Shown here: positions 13,568 to 28,329 of the stretch, piece after piece
Layout: each line of letters begins with the position of its first letter
Numbering within the stretch: the stretch's first letter is position 1
Source: Octopus sinensis
Lineage: Eukaryota
Length of the DNA stretch: 64,000 nucleotides
Direction: 5' to 3'
Assembly: GCF_006345805.1 (NCBI RefSeq)
Contig: NC_043008.1
Span: 34,472,001 to 34,536,000, forward strand
Position numbers and translations under genes: made by a program
The notes under the pieces: model-generated
What the model was told of the DNA's origin: nothing
What the model saw: only the letters and a program-made list of their open reading frames with translations
Database searches by the model: none

Positions 13568-13998
13568 TAATAATGCGGTTTTTTCAACAGCTTGAACTAA
13601 AAGTCAGAGGGGAATGGGATAAACTACTTATATTAACTTGCTATAAAAGCAGGTAGTAATTTTATCTTGTCCTTATTCATAGTGCAAGTTTTGAAGAGTG
13701 CATTTCGATTTTAACAGCTATTTTTTTCAAAGCTATATTGGAACAGCCTAGAAGACGAGCCTCATCCTGAAAGATCTGTAGAACTCGACAAGGACATCCT
13801 GAAAACCCTGGTGGAACAAAATCTCATCGTAAATGTTGAGGAACTAGCAGAGAAGCTTGGATTTGGTCATTCAACCATTCATTGAGACCTGTGTGCTATC
13901 GGAAAAGTCAGCAAATTGGGTCAATGGGTTCCTCACAAACTTTCCGAGTCTAATTGCATGCAGAGAGTGAATGTATGCTTTTCTTTGCTGTCACATCT
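13568..13998 (+). mobile_element. Mariner transposon remnant with internal deletion
   Basis: SLEDEPHPERSVELDKDILKTLVEQN...VEELAEKLGFGHSTIH*DL.AIGKVSKLGQWVPHKL contains the mariner WVPHEL motif; the leader is shared with 17482-17888. Confidence 0.9.
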
Positions 13999-14020
13999 CA
14001 CCACTACTGCGCTATGTATA

Positions 14021-14657
14021 TCTATATATATAAAACTGTAGTTGTGTGAGTGTCTGTCCCCTTCGATTTAGATTCCTAACTACTCCCACATTTTGCGGTG
14101 CAGTTTAACCAAATTCGGGTAGCTTATAGTCGTGATTCATATCGAGCCCGTCTGAGTATTAGCGCGCGTCTACGATGAGTCTACGATTTTAAAAATAATT
14201 TAACATCATTTTTTATTCCATTTTAATGCATAATTTTTCGTGTGTCGATGGCGGCGGAGTTGGCATCCACGCTCACACCTGCACCTGTGGGGAAGGTAGT
14301 GCAAGGAAATCAACGTCGTAATGCGTTGTCAAGGAGACCAGTGTTCTTTTAGAACAACGACTTCATGGCTTGAAGACACTAAAACAGAAATGGCTAAGAA
14401 AGCGTCTACATGAGTCTACGATTTAAAAAAAAATTTACCATCGTTTTTTTTCCATTTTAATGCATTTTTTCGCTATTATATAAGGGAAGTAACTCTCTAA
14501 AAATGTCTACGATGAGTCAACGATTTTTCAAAAAATTTACCATCATATTTTTTCCATTTTTAATGCATTTTTTGCTATTTTTTGGCTATAACTCTCTAAA
14601 AATGCTTATATAGTTATTTCCCTTACAAACCCGAGCAACGCCGGGCAATACTGCTAG
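14021..14657 (+). mobile_element. Non-autonomous Helitron
   Basis: A|TC start, 3-prime hairpin cccgagcaacgccggg and CTAG|T end; three internal copies of gtctacgatgagtc..cgattt..tttaccatc..ccattttaatgca. Confidence 0.85.
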
Positions 14658-15239
14658 TATATATATATAATCATCATCATCATCATTTAGCGTCCGTTCT
14701 CCATGCTAGCATGGGTTGGACGGTTCAACTGGGGTCTGTGAAGTTGGAAGGCTTCATCAGGCCCAGTCAGATCTGGCAGTGTTTCTACAGCTGGATGCCC
14801 TTCCTAATGCCAACCACTCCATATATATATATATATAAATGTATGTGTAGTTTTTCAATGTGTACAAATAACGTGAAGCAAAAATTCACATAAGTGCCAA
14901 GGATATTACAGCCTACTTATAAAGGTAGAAATTCTAGGGTTAAGTGAAATGTTTTTGTATAACATGGATAAGTTAAGAAATGGAGTCAAACATATGTTGG
15001 AAGTATAAATAATTTGAATAACACCTACATTTGACTCCATTTCTTAATTTATCTACATAAATATATACACACACATATGACAAGCTTCTTTTAGTTTCTG
15101 CTTACCAAAACCACACATAGGGCTTTGGTTGGCCCAGTACTATAGTATAAGCCATGCAGTGGGACTGAACCCGAGACCACATGGTTAGGAAGCAAGAATC
15201 TTAATCACATAGCCATACCTGCACCACGCTGTTCTTTAA

Positions 15240-15450
15240 AACTCCCAAGCTGTTGCAGGTCGGGATTTTTGGTACTATGCAGTGGCGCCTCATTGTGCTG
15301 TTTATGTAATTGATAATGTCAAAGTTTGGTACAATTCTAGGATTTTTCAGATGTGTATCCCCACATATCTTTCCCACCTTCATTCTAGAGAGTAAAGTTT
15401 TAACGTTTTCAGTCTCTCCCAGTAGCTGAAATGTCTCATTGAAACAATTT
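15240..15450 (-). mobile_element. CR1/L2-like LINE ORF2 C-terminal remnant
   Basis: MRHFSYWERLKTLKLYSLE*RWERYVGIHI*KIL matches the YWERLK.L.LYSLERRRER motif. Confidence 0.75.
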
Positions 15451-16689
15451 TCTTTGATATATATATATATATATCAAGCCGATGGCAAGCTAAAAACACC
15501 ATTCAAGTGTGATCGTTACCTGCATTGCCTACTAGCACTTGTGCTGGTGGCACGTTAAAAAACAATCAAGCGAGGTCATTGCCAGTGCCACTGGACTGGC
15601 TACTGTGCAGGAGGCACATAAAAAGCACCATCTGACCGTAGCCAGCACTGCCTGACTGGCCCACATGCCGGTGGCACATAAAAGCACCCACTACACTCTC
15701 GGAGTGGTTGGCGCTAGGAAGGGCATCGGGCTGTAGAAACTCTGCCAGATCAGATTGGAGTCTGGTGCAGCCATCTGGTTTGCCAGACCTCAGTCAAATC
15801 ATCCAACTCATACTAGCATGGAAAGCGGACATTAAACAACGATGATGATGATGATGACACACATATACACACACATTTTAAGTGTGTATATATTTTAATC
15901 AGCAGAAGTTACAAGGTGATTCAAGTGCCAAGAGTTTCATTCATTGGGCAGTTATCAAACTGAATTAAACTTTCTTCTCTTGAGTCGCTGTGTGATTTCT
16001 GCCTATTATTTATATTCATGCTTTGAGTTCTGTTTTCCAATTTGTATTACCAAAAGCTCTGTGTGTGTGTGTGCATGCACGCACACGCATGCATGCACAT
16101 AGCCATATACACATGCAAACATTATCATTTGTATAAATATATACATATGCAACAGCATGCATTAACACATACATGTGTCTGCATGCGAGCATGCGCACAC
16201 ATACACGCACAAGCGGTTATCATAACGAAAACTAATTCAATAAATGCAGATTTCAAAAGCGAATACTTCTAAAGTTTCTCTCTTTGAGGCTGAAACAATT
16301 ATCTAATTGCAATAGAAGGTGTCCAAATTTCTGAGAATTCAATGAAATAATTATATCAGCCATAGTACAAATTAGTCCAACTAGAGCCCAGCTTATCAGA
16401 GGAAGGTATCATCAACACTGCGGTAGCATTCAGAGTTTAAAATCCTTTAGAAATTTAAGATACAGTCAATTACTTGCAGGCGATGTGTTTCTGAAAGACA
16501 AATATTGATTGACGATATGTAAACGACATAGATAAACAAAAATTCAAAGAAGAATGTCGACTGAGTATCGGCTGGATACTCATGCTAAATATGTGTGAGT
16601 GCATATGTAGTATACATACACATCTGTATATAGATATAAATACATATAGACAAACATATATATATATATATATTGCCACATCTAGACAA

Positions 16690-16746
<57 letters not shown>

Positions 16747-17481
16747 ATAATATATATATATATATATACACATACACAAATATAAACACATATAGACATA
16801 CTTTTTATATATATACACATATATACAAACATACATATGTACATACCCATAAACACACACATTATGAAGAGACATACACAAATACATACAAAAGCGCATG
16901 AATGCATGCAGACACACATACATGCACATGCACGCACACACGCATGCATGCACGCACGCGCACACACACACACACAAGTGCAAACATGACGGTGCTAGGA
17001 AGCTTGCTTCCTCACCACATGGTTTCAGGTTCAGCCACACAGCATTGCACCATGGCAAATGTTTTCTACAATAGCCATGACTTGATCAAAGCTTTAGGAA
17101 TGGATTCGCTACGCACTCACACACATCTCCTTGTTTTCACATCACATGATAGTTGTAAATGAAAGTAATCATCACATCACACAAGCAGCGTCCCTTGTTT
17201 CCAATTTTCCATGGAACATGTCTGACCATGGCATGTTGGTGACAGGCAGCGCATCCAGTTATAGAAAAATCTACCTTATCAAATACCATCCAATCCATGT
17301 GAGCATGGATGAGTGGACACTAAAGCAGTGACACAGGAGTGTGTTTGCCTGTATATATATAATCTTTTATCTTTTACTTGTTTTAGTCATTTGACGGTGA
17401 CCATACTGGGGCACTGCCATAAAGAATTTTGACCAACTGAAGTGACCCCGGTACATATTATTTTTATGTAAAGTTTAGGTA

Positions 17482-17888
17482 CTGAGTCATCCCATAAATA
17501 ATGTGGGTTTTTTTCAATTGCATGAACTAAAAGTTGGAGGGGGATAGTATAAACTACCTGCATAAACTTGCTATAAAAGCTGGTAGTAATTTTACATTGT
17601 ACTTATTCTTAGTGCAAGTTTTGAAGAGTGCAGTTTGATTTTAAGTTATTTTTACAAAGCTATAATGGAAGTGACAACGGAGCACATTCAGCATATTTTG
17701 CTTGGAATTCAATAAAGACAACAATGCAACCAAAAGTGCTATGAATATTAATGTAGTATATGGGGATCAGACAAAAAGCATAAGCCAGTGTCAACGGTGG
17801 TTCCAGAACTTCTGAGCCAGAAACTACAGCCTAGAAGACAAGCATTGTACTGGAAGATCTATAGAGCTTGATGAAGATGCCCTGCAAA
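17482..17888 (+). mobile_element. Mariner transposon 5-prime fragment (same family)
   Basis: TA then a TIR-like start; MEVTTEHIQHILL.EFNKDNNATKSAMNINVVYGD...CQRWFQNF*ARNYSLED is a mariner N-terminal HTH. Confidence 0.85.
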
Positions 17889-20800
17889 CTCATTATTCAG
17901 TGATATTCTCATATCACCTTATCACAGATAAGGTGATATGAGAGAAAAACAAGAACAGAAGTTGAGTTGATACAGGCTCAGACAGGATTCTATGGGTAAG
18001 AAGCTTCTTTTGCAACCACATGGTTTCAGGTTCAATCTCACTGAGTGACACTTTGGGTAAGGGACTCTTATTACAGTCCTGGGATGACCAATGCCTTGTG
18101 AGTGAATTTAGAAAATGGAAACCAAGTGGAAGCCCATTGTAGAGGTATGTGTGTGTGTGTAAATGGATATCTTTTACTTGTTTCAGTCATTTGGCTGTGG
18201 CCATGCTGGAGCACCACCTTGAAGAAATTTTTAATCGAATGAATCAAACCCAGCACTTATTTCTTGTTAAGCTTGATACTTATTCCATCAGTTACTTTTG
18301 CCAAACTGCTAAGCTACAGGGACATAAAAACACCAACAATGGTTGTCAAGTGGTGGCGGGGGACAAACACATACACGAAAACACACCTGATGGTCTCTTT
18401 CAGTTTCTGTCTACTAACCCACTCACAAAGCTTTGGTTGGCCCAAAGTGTCACACAATGGGACTAAATACAGAACCATGTGGTTGGGAAGCAAGCTTCTT
18501 GCCACATAGCCAAGTCTGTGGCTACAGATAAAAGAACAGAAGTTTCAACAATAATGGGTATGTAGAAAAATGACATTTCTCACACAAAGAGGAAAACCCT
18601 GACCTTAAATCTGTATTAATATATCATAGAATAATATGTGCTTATGCATGTATGTATCTTAATGTTTGTCCCTCCCTGACTGCTTGGTTTGTTTATGTTG
18701 CCACAACTTAGCAGTTCATCAAAAGACATGATAGAGTAAAGAACAGACTTAAGAAATAAGTGCTATAGACAATTTGATCCATTAAACCTTTCAAGGTGAT
18801 GCCCCAACATTCACACAGCTCAATGACTGACACAAGTGAAAGAAGATAGAAGTAAATAAAGATAAGTCGTGAGGAACAAGGGGAGGAAAAAATTTCAAAA
18901 TGAAACTATATATATATATATATAAACACGCACACATATATGCATAAACACAGAATGTCTTTCAGCTTGTTGACAAAATAAGACAGGTTGTGCAATAGCT
19001 TTGAGGAGAAAATAAAAGATGACACAAACCCAGAGCTGAGAAAAGGGATTCAACTGATAAATTCAAAAGAGGATAACTGGCAAGAGAAACAGGAAGAGGG
19101 AGCATCATGGGAAGAGAGAGGAGGAAAGAATAACAAGTGAGCTGAGAGGACAAGATATATATGTGGATGGATGGATACATACATATAATCGTGCTACTAT
19201 AGAAAACGAGTATCTACATACATCTGAAGATACATGTATACCTGTTTCAAGAACTTAAGAAAATGGGTATAAGAACACTTAGAAACTACTCTAGCGTTAA
19301 TGGAAGTTTCAACAATAGATACGTAAACAGATTGTTTCTCATGCGTGGAGAACAGCCTTGACCTTAAATCTGTATTAATATAACATTATGATATCACTGA
19401 AACATCATCTCCAGCAGACAAAAAAAAAAGAAAGAAAGAAAGAGGAAAAAAGAAAGGAAAAAGGTCAGCAACTATCAGCTGCGAGTTGGCGAGCATGTTA
19501 ACAATAAGATAGTTATTGAACTTGAGAAGAAACATGAAACAACAATTGAGACAGATTTGTCTGCAAGGACAGTGGAAAATCCTGTTCATCATTGCAACTG
19601 AAGAAATAGAACAGTTCGTTGAGAAGGTGGTACATGGATACTTCAAATAAAAGTCTAAGATTACATACACTTCACACACACAAAAAAAGAACCTAGCAAG
19701 GAATACCAACACGTTTTGGTAAGAAGCTTGCTTCCCAGCCACATGGATCCAGGTTCAGTCCCACAGCATGGCACCTTGTCTTTTACTATAGCCTTGGGCC
19801 GACAGAAGCCATGTGAATGGATTTGGTAGACAGAAACTGAAAGAAGCTTGTCCCCCCCCCCATCACCTGTGTTTATGTCCTCACAACTTAGCAGTTCAGT
19901 AAAAGAGACCAATAGAATGTGTATTAGGCTCGAAAAATAAGTCCCGCGCTCAATTTGTTCAATTAAAACCCTTCAAGGCAGTGCTCCATCATGGCCACAG
20001 TCAAATGACAAATAAAATAATAAAAACATATACACACACACATCTAAATGTGTGCATATTGTTGTGTGTATTGGTGGTCACTCTAAATGTATATATATAG
20101 TGGTCACTGTAAATGTACTTGAATACTTAATGGCATCATCAATACTAACTCTTTTTTCTGACTTACATCTGTCAACTAACTACAAGGGAGGTCTGTCAAT
20201 GTTTGCCAAATCAATACTTTACTTTGTGGACAATGTCCACCAAGAGCCAGCGTAGTGCAGCAGATCTTCAGCTTCAGCATACAAAGTGGAATAATGGGAG
20301 ACATCGCATTTTTCCCCTGATATCACTATCTGCTATGAAGGTGAAGTTTTCCTCATCTTTCCCTCACTAACAATAACTGCTTCAAATTTTGGCACACCAG
20401 TACTTTTGAGGAACAAAACTGGTGGATACCATTGCCTCCAGTACTTGACTGGTACTTTATTTTATCAACCCAGAAATATTTTAACTCAGAATGTAAAGAG
20501 TCGGAAAAAAATGACACTAAGCATTTTGTCTGATATGCTAATGATTATGCTACCTTGCCAACAATAATGAATGCAGAATGTTTGGAACTGGTACCTTGCA
20601 CCTATTGAGCAAGGATCCCAGGATCCCCAAGAGCAAAAATGAAGGAGACCCTAAAAGTACAAGTACTGAAGTATTGTTTGCTAAAATGTAGATTTGCAAA
20701 GTTTAAGAACAGAACCAAGAACTTTGATGTGAAGTGGATCCTTCTAAGGTCAGGTAAGCATTACATATCTGTCAATAATGTCACTTTTCACATTCCTAAG

Positions 20801-22030
20801 CTATATTATATATATGACAGCAGAATGTGTTTCTCTCAACAGACAGCCAGACACTACCATGTGTATATGTATACATGTGTGTACACACACACCCACATAT
20901 ATGTTGTGCTTGAGAAGACTTGTCAAGCCAAGTAAAATTGTAGTCATGGCTGATGCTGGTGTCATGCAACTAGCAGCCATGCCAGTGACACATAAAAGCA
21001 CCTGTTCCGGTGGCCCATAACAGCACCTGTTCCAGTGGTACATAAAAAGCACCCATTACATTCTAGGAGTGGTTGGCATTAGGAAGGGCATCCAACAATA
21101 GAAACCATGCCAAATCAGACTGGAATGTGGTACAGCTCTCCAGCTTACCAGTTCCAGTCAAACTGTTTAACCCATGCCAGCATGGGAAGCAGATGCTAAA
21201 TGATGATGATGATGGTGTGTGTATGTGTGTGATGGGATGGTATAATTTGTGAAAAAAAAACATCAAATGCACTGCACATGTAATCTAACAGGCTAGCATT
21301 ATCACTTACAAATAAAGTGACACAATGATTCAGTATGTTAAGAGTTAGATGTATCTAGGGAAAATTCAACCACTTATACAACTCAATCAATAAGAAGGTA
21401 GTACCGCTGATGAGACAAATGAAATGTTTATCTGTTGAAATTGATGAGAGACCGATAATAGTGAGTATCTGCCTTACTTGAGTATGTGTGCATGATATTA
21501 TTATTATTATCAATTCAATATCTGTAGATAAATCTTGAATGTCTCTGCCATATAGCATACAACTTGTGTGAGTGTATTAATGCAAACACAACATGTGCAT
21601 TAATATGAACACAACACGTGCATACACACACACACATATATATATATCAAATTAAATACAGAACCAGAAGAGCAACTATTAGTTTCATACTATTATGATA
21701 CTTGAACAGGCATATTTCTAAAGTAGGCCATGTATCTTAAAGCAAGCTTTCAGGCTTTGTTTATATATTTTTTAAAAAAACAAGCATGCCGGACAGTAAG
21801 AAAATAAGGAAAAAATGTGGAGAAAACATGAAGATGGTTGGTGCAAAAAATGGAACAAGATAAATAAATAGATATCAATCCATTCATTAAAAAAAAAATT
21901 CATGCATACTTAAACTTGAACGCATGTGTGTGCCTTTTATCTTTTGTTTCAGTCATTGGACCGTGGCCATGCCAGGGCACTGCCTTGAAGAATTTTAGTG
22001 GAACAAATCAAACCCCACGACTTATTTTTA

Positions 22031-22185
22031 TTCTCTCTCTGTTTATTTCCTCGTGTTCCTTTCTGTTGAAGAGCATACGCTCAAAACGTAAAAGACTTCC
22101 TCACCTTCCCGAGTGTTAAACTAATACACCAGTTTTGTTATTTATACACCTGTCTTCGTCTTTTGTTTTTCTGTAAATTTCAACT
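22031..22185 (+). mobile_element. Hammerhead-bearing element, family B (copy B1) with 11-bp target site duplication
   Basis: acttattttta at 22020-22030 and 22186-22196; motif ctttCTGTTGAagagcatacgctcAAAAcgtaaaag at 22059-22094. Confidence 0.7.
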
Positions 22186-23512
22186 ACTTATTTTTAAAGC
22201 CTGGTACTTATTCTATTGCTAAGTTATAGAGATGTAAACACACAAGTATTGGTCGTCAAATGGTGGCAGGAAACAAATGAAGGCATGCACACACACACAC
22301 ACAATAGGTTTCTTTGCAGTTTCTACCAACCACATCCACTCACAAGTCTTTGGTTAATCTGAGGCTAAAGAAGGCACTTGCCCAAGGTTCCATGCAGTGT
22401 GACTGAACCTGGAACCATGCAGTTGGAGAGCAAACTTCTTACCACACAGCCATGTTTGCGCCTAAATATATAAGTACACACACATGCACGTGCACATACA
22501 CCCACATATATATATATATATATATATATGCAAGTGAGATTGTTGCATAAATATTAATGTACAGAAACAATGTTGCTATTAGTTTATTCTCTACAGGAGT
22601 AAAATACAGAGTTCAATATACAGTTGATTACTGATTGTGAACACCAGAAAGAACCTTCAAACCAAGGGGGGTTCAAACTCTGAATCAAGAGGTAGGGTGC
22701 CAACAATCAACAACACAAGACTAGCAGCAGTGTGGTATCAGGCAGAATTGAAATTATATCTATATGTGAGTATGTAATTTATAGATAATCCAGCTATTTG
22801 ATGAAATGTTTGTGAGTGTATGTATGTATATATAGACAGTCAAACATGTACATGTGTATATATATATATATATATATATCCATTAATTTCATTTATGGGG
22901 AAACGTTTTGAATATGTATATAAAAGCTTGTATTCTATTATGCCTGCTGAAGCGCAATGATGCCAGCTGGCGATACCAGCTTTTGGTGGTTGCACTGAGC
23001 TGTGCCAATACAATGTAGGATAAATATAATAATAACAATAATGATCCTTGAATGGAATTTATAAATATTTTACACCGTCCGAATGTGATCAATGCCAGGG
23101 CTCCCTGACTGACTTCCGTGCTAGTGATACAAAAAAGCATCCACTACACTCTCAGAGTGGTTGACGCTAGGAAAGGTATCCAGCTGTAGAAACATTGCCA
23201 GATCAGACTGGAGCCAAGTGCAGCACGCTGGCTTTCCAGACCTCAGTCAAACCATTCATCCCATGCCAGCATGGAAAACGAACATTAAACAATGACGATG
23301 ATGATGTTCCCACAAATATGTAATCTGGGGAAATGTGCATAGCATGCTTCTGAGCCATACAGCCATGTCTGCACCCTATACAGCCACACCTTTGTATATA
23401 TCATCATCATTTAACGTCCATTTTCCATGGTGGCATGGGCTGGATGGTTTTACTGGATCCAACAGCTCCAAAGACAGCATCATGCTCTGGTGTCTGCTTT
23501 GGCACAGTTTGT

Positions 23513-23548
<36 letters not shown>

Positions 23549-25599
23549 TAATGTCTACCAAATTCACTCATAAAGCATTAGACAACCTGGAACTAGTGTA
23601 GAAAGCACTTGCAGAAGGTGCTGCACACTAGGCCTGAATCCAAAATTATATGGTTGCAAAAGGAACTTCTTAACTACAAAGCCATGGCTACTCTATCAGA
23701 TTTTCCAGTTCATTTCAGGACATTCTTTCATCACTAATTTAACATTTTAACAACACTTGCTTGACAAGTGTGTGTTTTTTCTATCATGAAGATACCAGCA
23801 TTTTCTTGGCATTGTCTGAAGAATTATAGTATATATACAGTGCAATTTAAATTTTGAAAAAATGCTCCGAAACCAGATGTCATCTTGACCATTTTACTAC
23901 TAAATATCTGTTGAAATAACCATCTTTATTTCAATTAAGCCAGCTCAAACCAGCCCGGCTGAATGCTGTCTCAAGAGAAGAAAAAAAGATTTCAATTAAT
24001 TTAGAAAATGATGAACAATATAGACAAAATAACTTTATCATGTTTTAAGCTGATGCTAGGAATATAAATTAATATGAAATTTTAATGAGTAATTTTAATT
24101 CAGATCACTTTAAAACAGGAAGTTTGTAGCATAAAACCGAGGATGGTTTCATAAAATCTTCCAATTTAGAATGTCACTGAACAATAAAAAACACCATAAA
24201 ATACTTGTATAGCTACTATGGTACTTCACTGACATAGATTAGTTGCCATTTACGAGTGCTAATGAAACGTTAATAGAAGGTTAATAATCAACAAGTGCCC
24301 CTTGGTGTGTTCAGTGTAAACTATCCTACCAGAATGCTTGTTCACATGGCTTCATCAGGATGCTCAAGAGAAAAACTCTCTGGGACTGACAAATGGTGGC
24401 AGGAAACAGAAGGCATGCACACATACACACACACGATAGGTTTCTTGCAGTTTCCACCAACCACATCCACTCACAAGGCTTTGGTTAGTCTGAGGCTAGA
24501 GTAGAAGGCACTTCCAAGGTTCCATGCTAGTGCTGCATAAAAGCATCCAGTACACTCTGTAAAGTGGTTGGCGTTAGGAAGGGCATCCAGCAGTAGAAAC
24601 CATGTAAAAACCGACAGAGAGCCTGGACAGCCCTTCAACTGGCCAGCTCCTGTCAAACCATCCAACCCATGCCAGTACAGAAAACAGAGGTTAAGTGATG
24701 ATGATGAGGTTGCAGGTGTTGATTCTGATTCAACATACATTAAAACCAAGTGTGTCTGTCTTACGAAAAATTCTCATGCACAGGTGCAAGTATGGCTGTG
24801 TGGTAAGAAGTTTGCTTCCCAACCACATGGTTCTGGGTTCAGCCCCACTGTGTGACATCATATATATATATATATATATATCTGTGAATGGGTGTAACTA
24901 GTGCACATATGTATACACATCTGTCTGTCTGTTAGTTTTAGTGCATCTATCTCTCTCAATACACACACACACACACACATATATATAGGCATAAGTATGG
25001 CTGTGTAGTTAAGAAGTTCACTTTGCAATCACATGGTTTCAGGTTCAGTCCCACTGTGCAGGATCTAAGGCAAATGTTTTCTACTATAGCTCCAGGCTCA
25101 ACAAATCACTTGTGCGTTAATTGGGTAGACAGAAACTGTGAAAGCCCGTCATATATGTGTGTGTTTGTGTGTGCACACACACACATCTTTGTGGTCATCT
25201 CCCCCACCATTTGACAACCAGTGTTGGTTCATTTATGTCTCCATAATTTAGTGGTTTGGAAAAAAGAGACTAACAGAATAAGTACCAAACTTTAAAAAAA
25301 TAAAAACTGGTATCAATTTGTTCAAACCCTTCAAGACAACTCTCTAACATGACCATAGTCCAATAACTGAAACAAGTAAAAAAGAAAAAAGAATTATATA
25401 CAAAAATGAATAGATATAACTGTATGGCCAGAGATGTGTCTGTGAACAAAAAAGATGAATGAAGGTATACCTCTACTTCCAAGGAAGGTAAAAAGAATCA
25501 CCTGATGGCAATTGGGACCAACATCAATGGGAAAGGGAGATAATCGGAAGAATCTCCCCCAAAACAGCTATGCCATTAAAGAAAAGACAGACTCATTGT

Positions 25600-27600
25600 C
25601 TGGAGACAAGAGGACTGCAACCGACACGTTCCTTCGTCAATAAACGTCAACAGCACAATAGTAGTCCTCGCTTTTCTCCAGCAAATGAGATAACTAAACA
25701 AATGTAGAAGAGATATGTGCGTGTGTAAATGTACACATCACACACAAATGGAGACAGATATAACAAATACGAAACCGCAATAAGTGATTAATTAACATGC
25801 CTTCCTCCTTGTTGAAAATTTCCTTAAAAAATACGAAGAGAAAAATAATGAATAATAATTAGAAAAACGGTCACCATATAAGTAATAGAATAGTAATGTA
25901 TATAACATTTTCTCAAGTCTATTCACTGAATAGGAATAACCGATAGAAGATATTGTGTCACTTTATTTGTAAGTGATAATGCTAGCCTGTCAAATTACAT
26001 ATATATATTGGCATATAACCTTTAAATGAAACTCGAAATAAAAATAGAGGCTGCCTCGATGAAAGAAACTCCACATGGTCGTGGTCATGGCTGGAATGCA
26101 CTGGGTCCATAAGTCAATTCATCCATTCAGAAATAAGTTGTGGTAAAATGGCAACAGGAGCCAACTAAGAACGCCCTATGTCAGGTGCGGGTAGCCCTTT
26201 TCCGAGAAACGGGTCGTATAAGACACAGCTCATCATCAGGCGGGCCGCAAACTAAAAAGTTAAATGTAGTTTTTCGACAGGCGTGCCGTTCAAAAAGCCC
26301 CGTGCCCCACAGGTTATCTATGACTGACCTGCGTGTTTATGTTCGCTCGAACTAAAAACAGCAGCCAAATATTGCCCAGTTTACACCGCACCGTCTTGAC
26401 AACAAACACACACAGAGGATAATGTAATAATTCTAGATACTCAATGTTCGAGGGTAGTTGTGATGCCATATCTTTCACCATAGAATTTGCTCAGTCAAGT
26501 TTCAAGCGGGGGCGAAACAACCAATTGATAAACACGTGTTAACATATTTTTATAGCTCACACACATACGTCGATAAATGGTTGTGCGACGTAACACGAAA
26601 AACGACCAAAAAGGAAAAAGCATTAAAAAAGAACTTAATAGCCTGTATCTATTTGAATAAATGGTTTCTACATATTATCACGTATTTATCTTTTTTTAAA
26701 TCTTCCACTTCAGTGCTGGTTTTCAAGTGTTTTATTATTTCTATGCTTTTCAATGTTCGCTGAGACTGACATATACTCAGATAAATTCGACTGACGTTTG
26801 AGGATTATATTTTCTTTGGAAACAAAAAAAACGGAGGCGTAAGATCGAAAACAACGTAACTAGAAACGACGTAAGTTGAGGTATGCCTGTACTTGGGCGC
26901 GTGTGTGAAGTCGGAATTGTGGTATCAGTAATTAGAGATCGATTCATTTTCGTACGTCAGTGAATAACTACCAGGGGTTTTTGTTTTAGTAGTTTTATAG
27001 AACAAGACAATGATGATAAGCAGGGGGGATGAGAGAGAGAAAATATTTATTTATGATTTAGTCGTAGATTGAAAGATAAAGCAACTTTTCAAAAGAAATA
27101 TAGTCGAATGACGTCAGACTGTTTCGATTGTCAGGGAAAAAGAAAAAAAATTCTGAAAACTGGTTACCAAGCAGTTCCAGAACAATGTTCTGTCGTTAGA
27201 TGAAATATGCACACGTTGACAACGCATTACCCACTATTTGTTAATCAAGCTGCCCCGTTATTATTTATATAGTAGTCTATGATACTACGCATATTTGTAT
27301 CAGTACACGTATATGTGTGTGTGTATGTATGTATGTATGTGCATATATATATATATATGTCCGGTGCGCATTTGAGTGTATACTTATGTGTATGTATGTT
27401 TGTATGTATGTGTGTGTATCTTTCTTTTACTTCGGTCATTAGACTACGGCATTGTAGAATTTTATTCGAATGAATCGACCTCTATACTTTTTTTTTAAAC
27501 CTGGTACTCATTCCATGGGATCCTTTTTGCCGAACAGCTAAGTTACAAGAAAGTAAACACACCAACACCGGTTGTCAAGCGGTAGTGGTGGACAAACACA
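25600..27600. promoter_or_regulatory. Second CpG-retaining zone inside the presumed SNX27 intron
   Basis: Hand count of about 16 CpG in 26161-26400; an old S3 SINE at 27415-27740 keeps its CpGs although otherwise diverged. Confidence 0.4.
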
Positions 27601-28329
27601 CACGCACACCGAGCTTCTTTCAGTTTCCGTCTACCAAATCCACCCACAAGACTTTAGTTGGTCTGAGGCAAGAGTAGGAGATTGCTGTTCAAGGTGCCAT
27701 GTAGTGAGACTGAACCTGGAACCATGGTATTGAGAAACAAACTTCTTACCACACAACCATGACTATCTTTTATCTTTTATTTGTTTTAGTCATTGGACTG
27801 TGGCCATACTGGGGCATCGCTTTGAAGGGTTTTTAAGCCTGGTACTACTTTTGCCAAACTGCCAAGTTACGAGGGCATAAACAAACCAACACCGGTTGCC
27901 AAGTGTGTGGGGGGGAGAAGCACACATCTATCTGACAGGCTTCTTTCAGTTTCTGTCCACCAAATCCATTCGCAAGGCAGGGGCAACAACAGAAGACACT
28001 AACCCAAGAGGTCATGCAGTGTGATGGAACTGGAACCATGTGGTAATGTAGTAAACTGCTTACCACACTGCCATGCTTGCATGTGTATGTATCTTAATCT
28101 TTTACTTTGCTTCAGTCATTAGACTGCAGCCATGCTGGAGCACCACCTTGAACAAATTGGCCCCAGTACTTATTTCTTTCTTTAAGCCTGAGACTGACTC
28201 TATCAGTCCCTTCTGCCTAACCACTAAGTTCTAGGGACGTAAACACACCATCACCAGTGGTTAAATGGTGGTGGTGGTTGACACAAAGACACACATACAA
28301 ATGTGATTCGTTAGCTACTGCACGCATTT

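Noticed and set aside
20600-20760. Plus-strand segment ending in a strong donor (CAG|gtaagc)
   Set aside because: Isolated site with no clear acceptor or partner exon, and no recognisable product.
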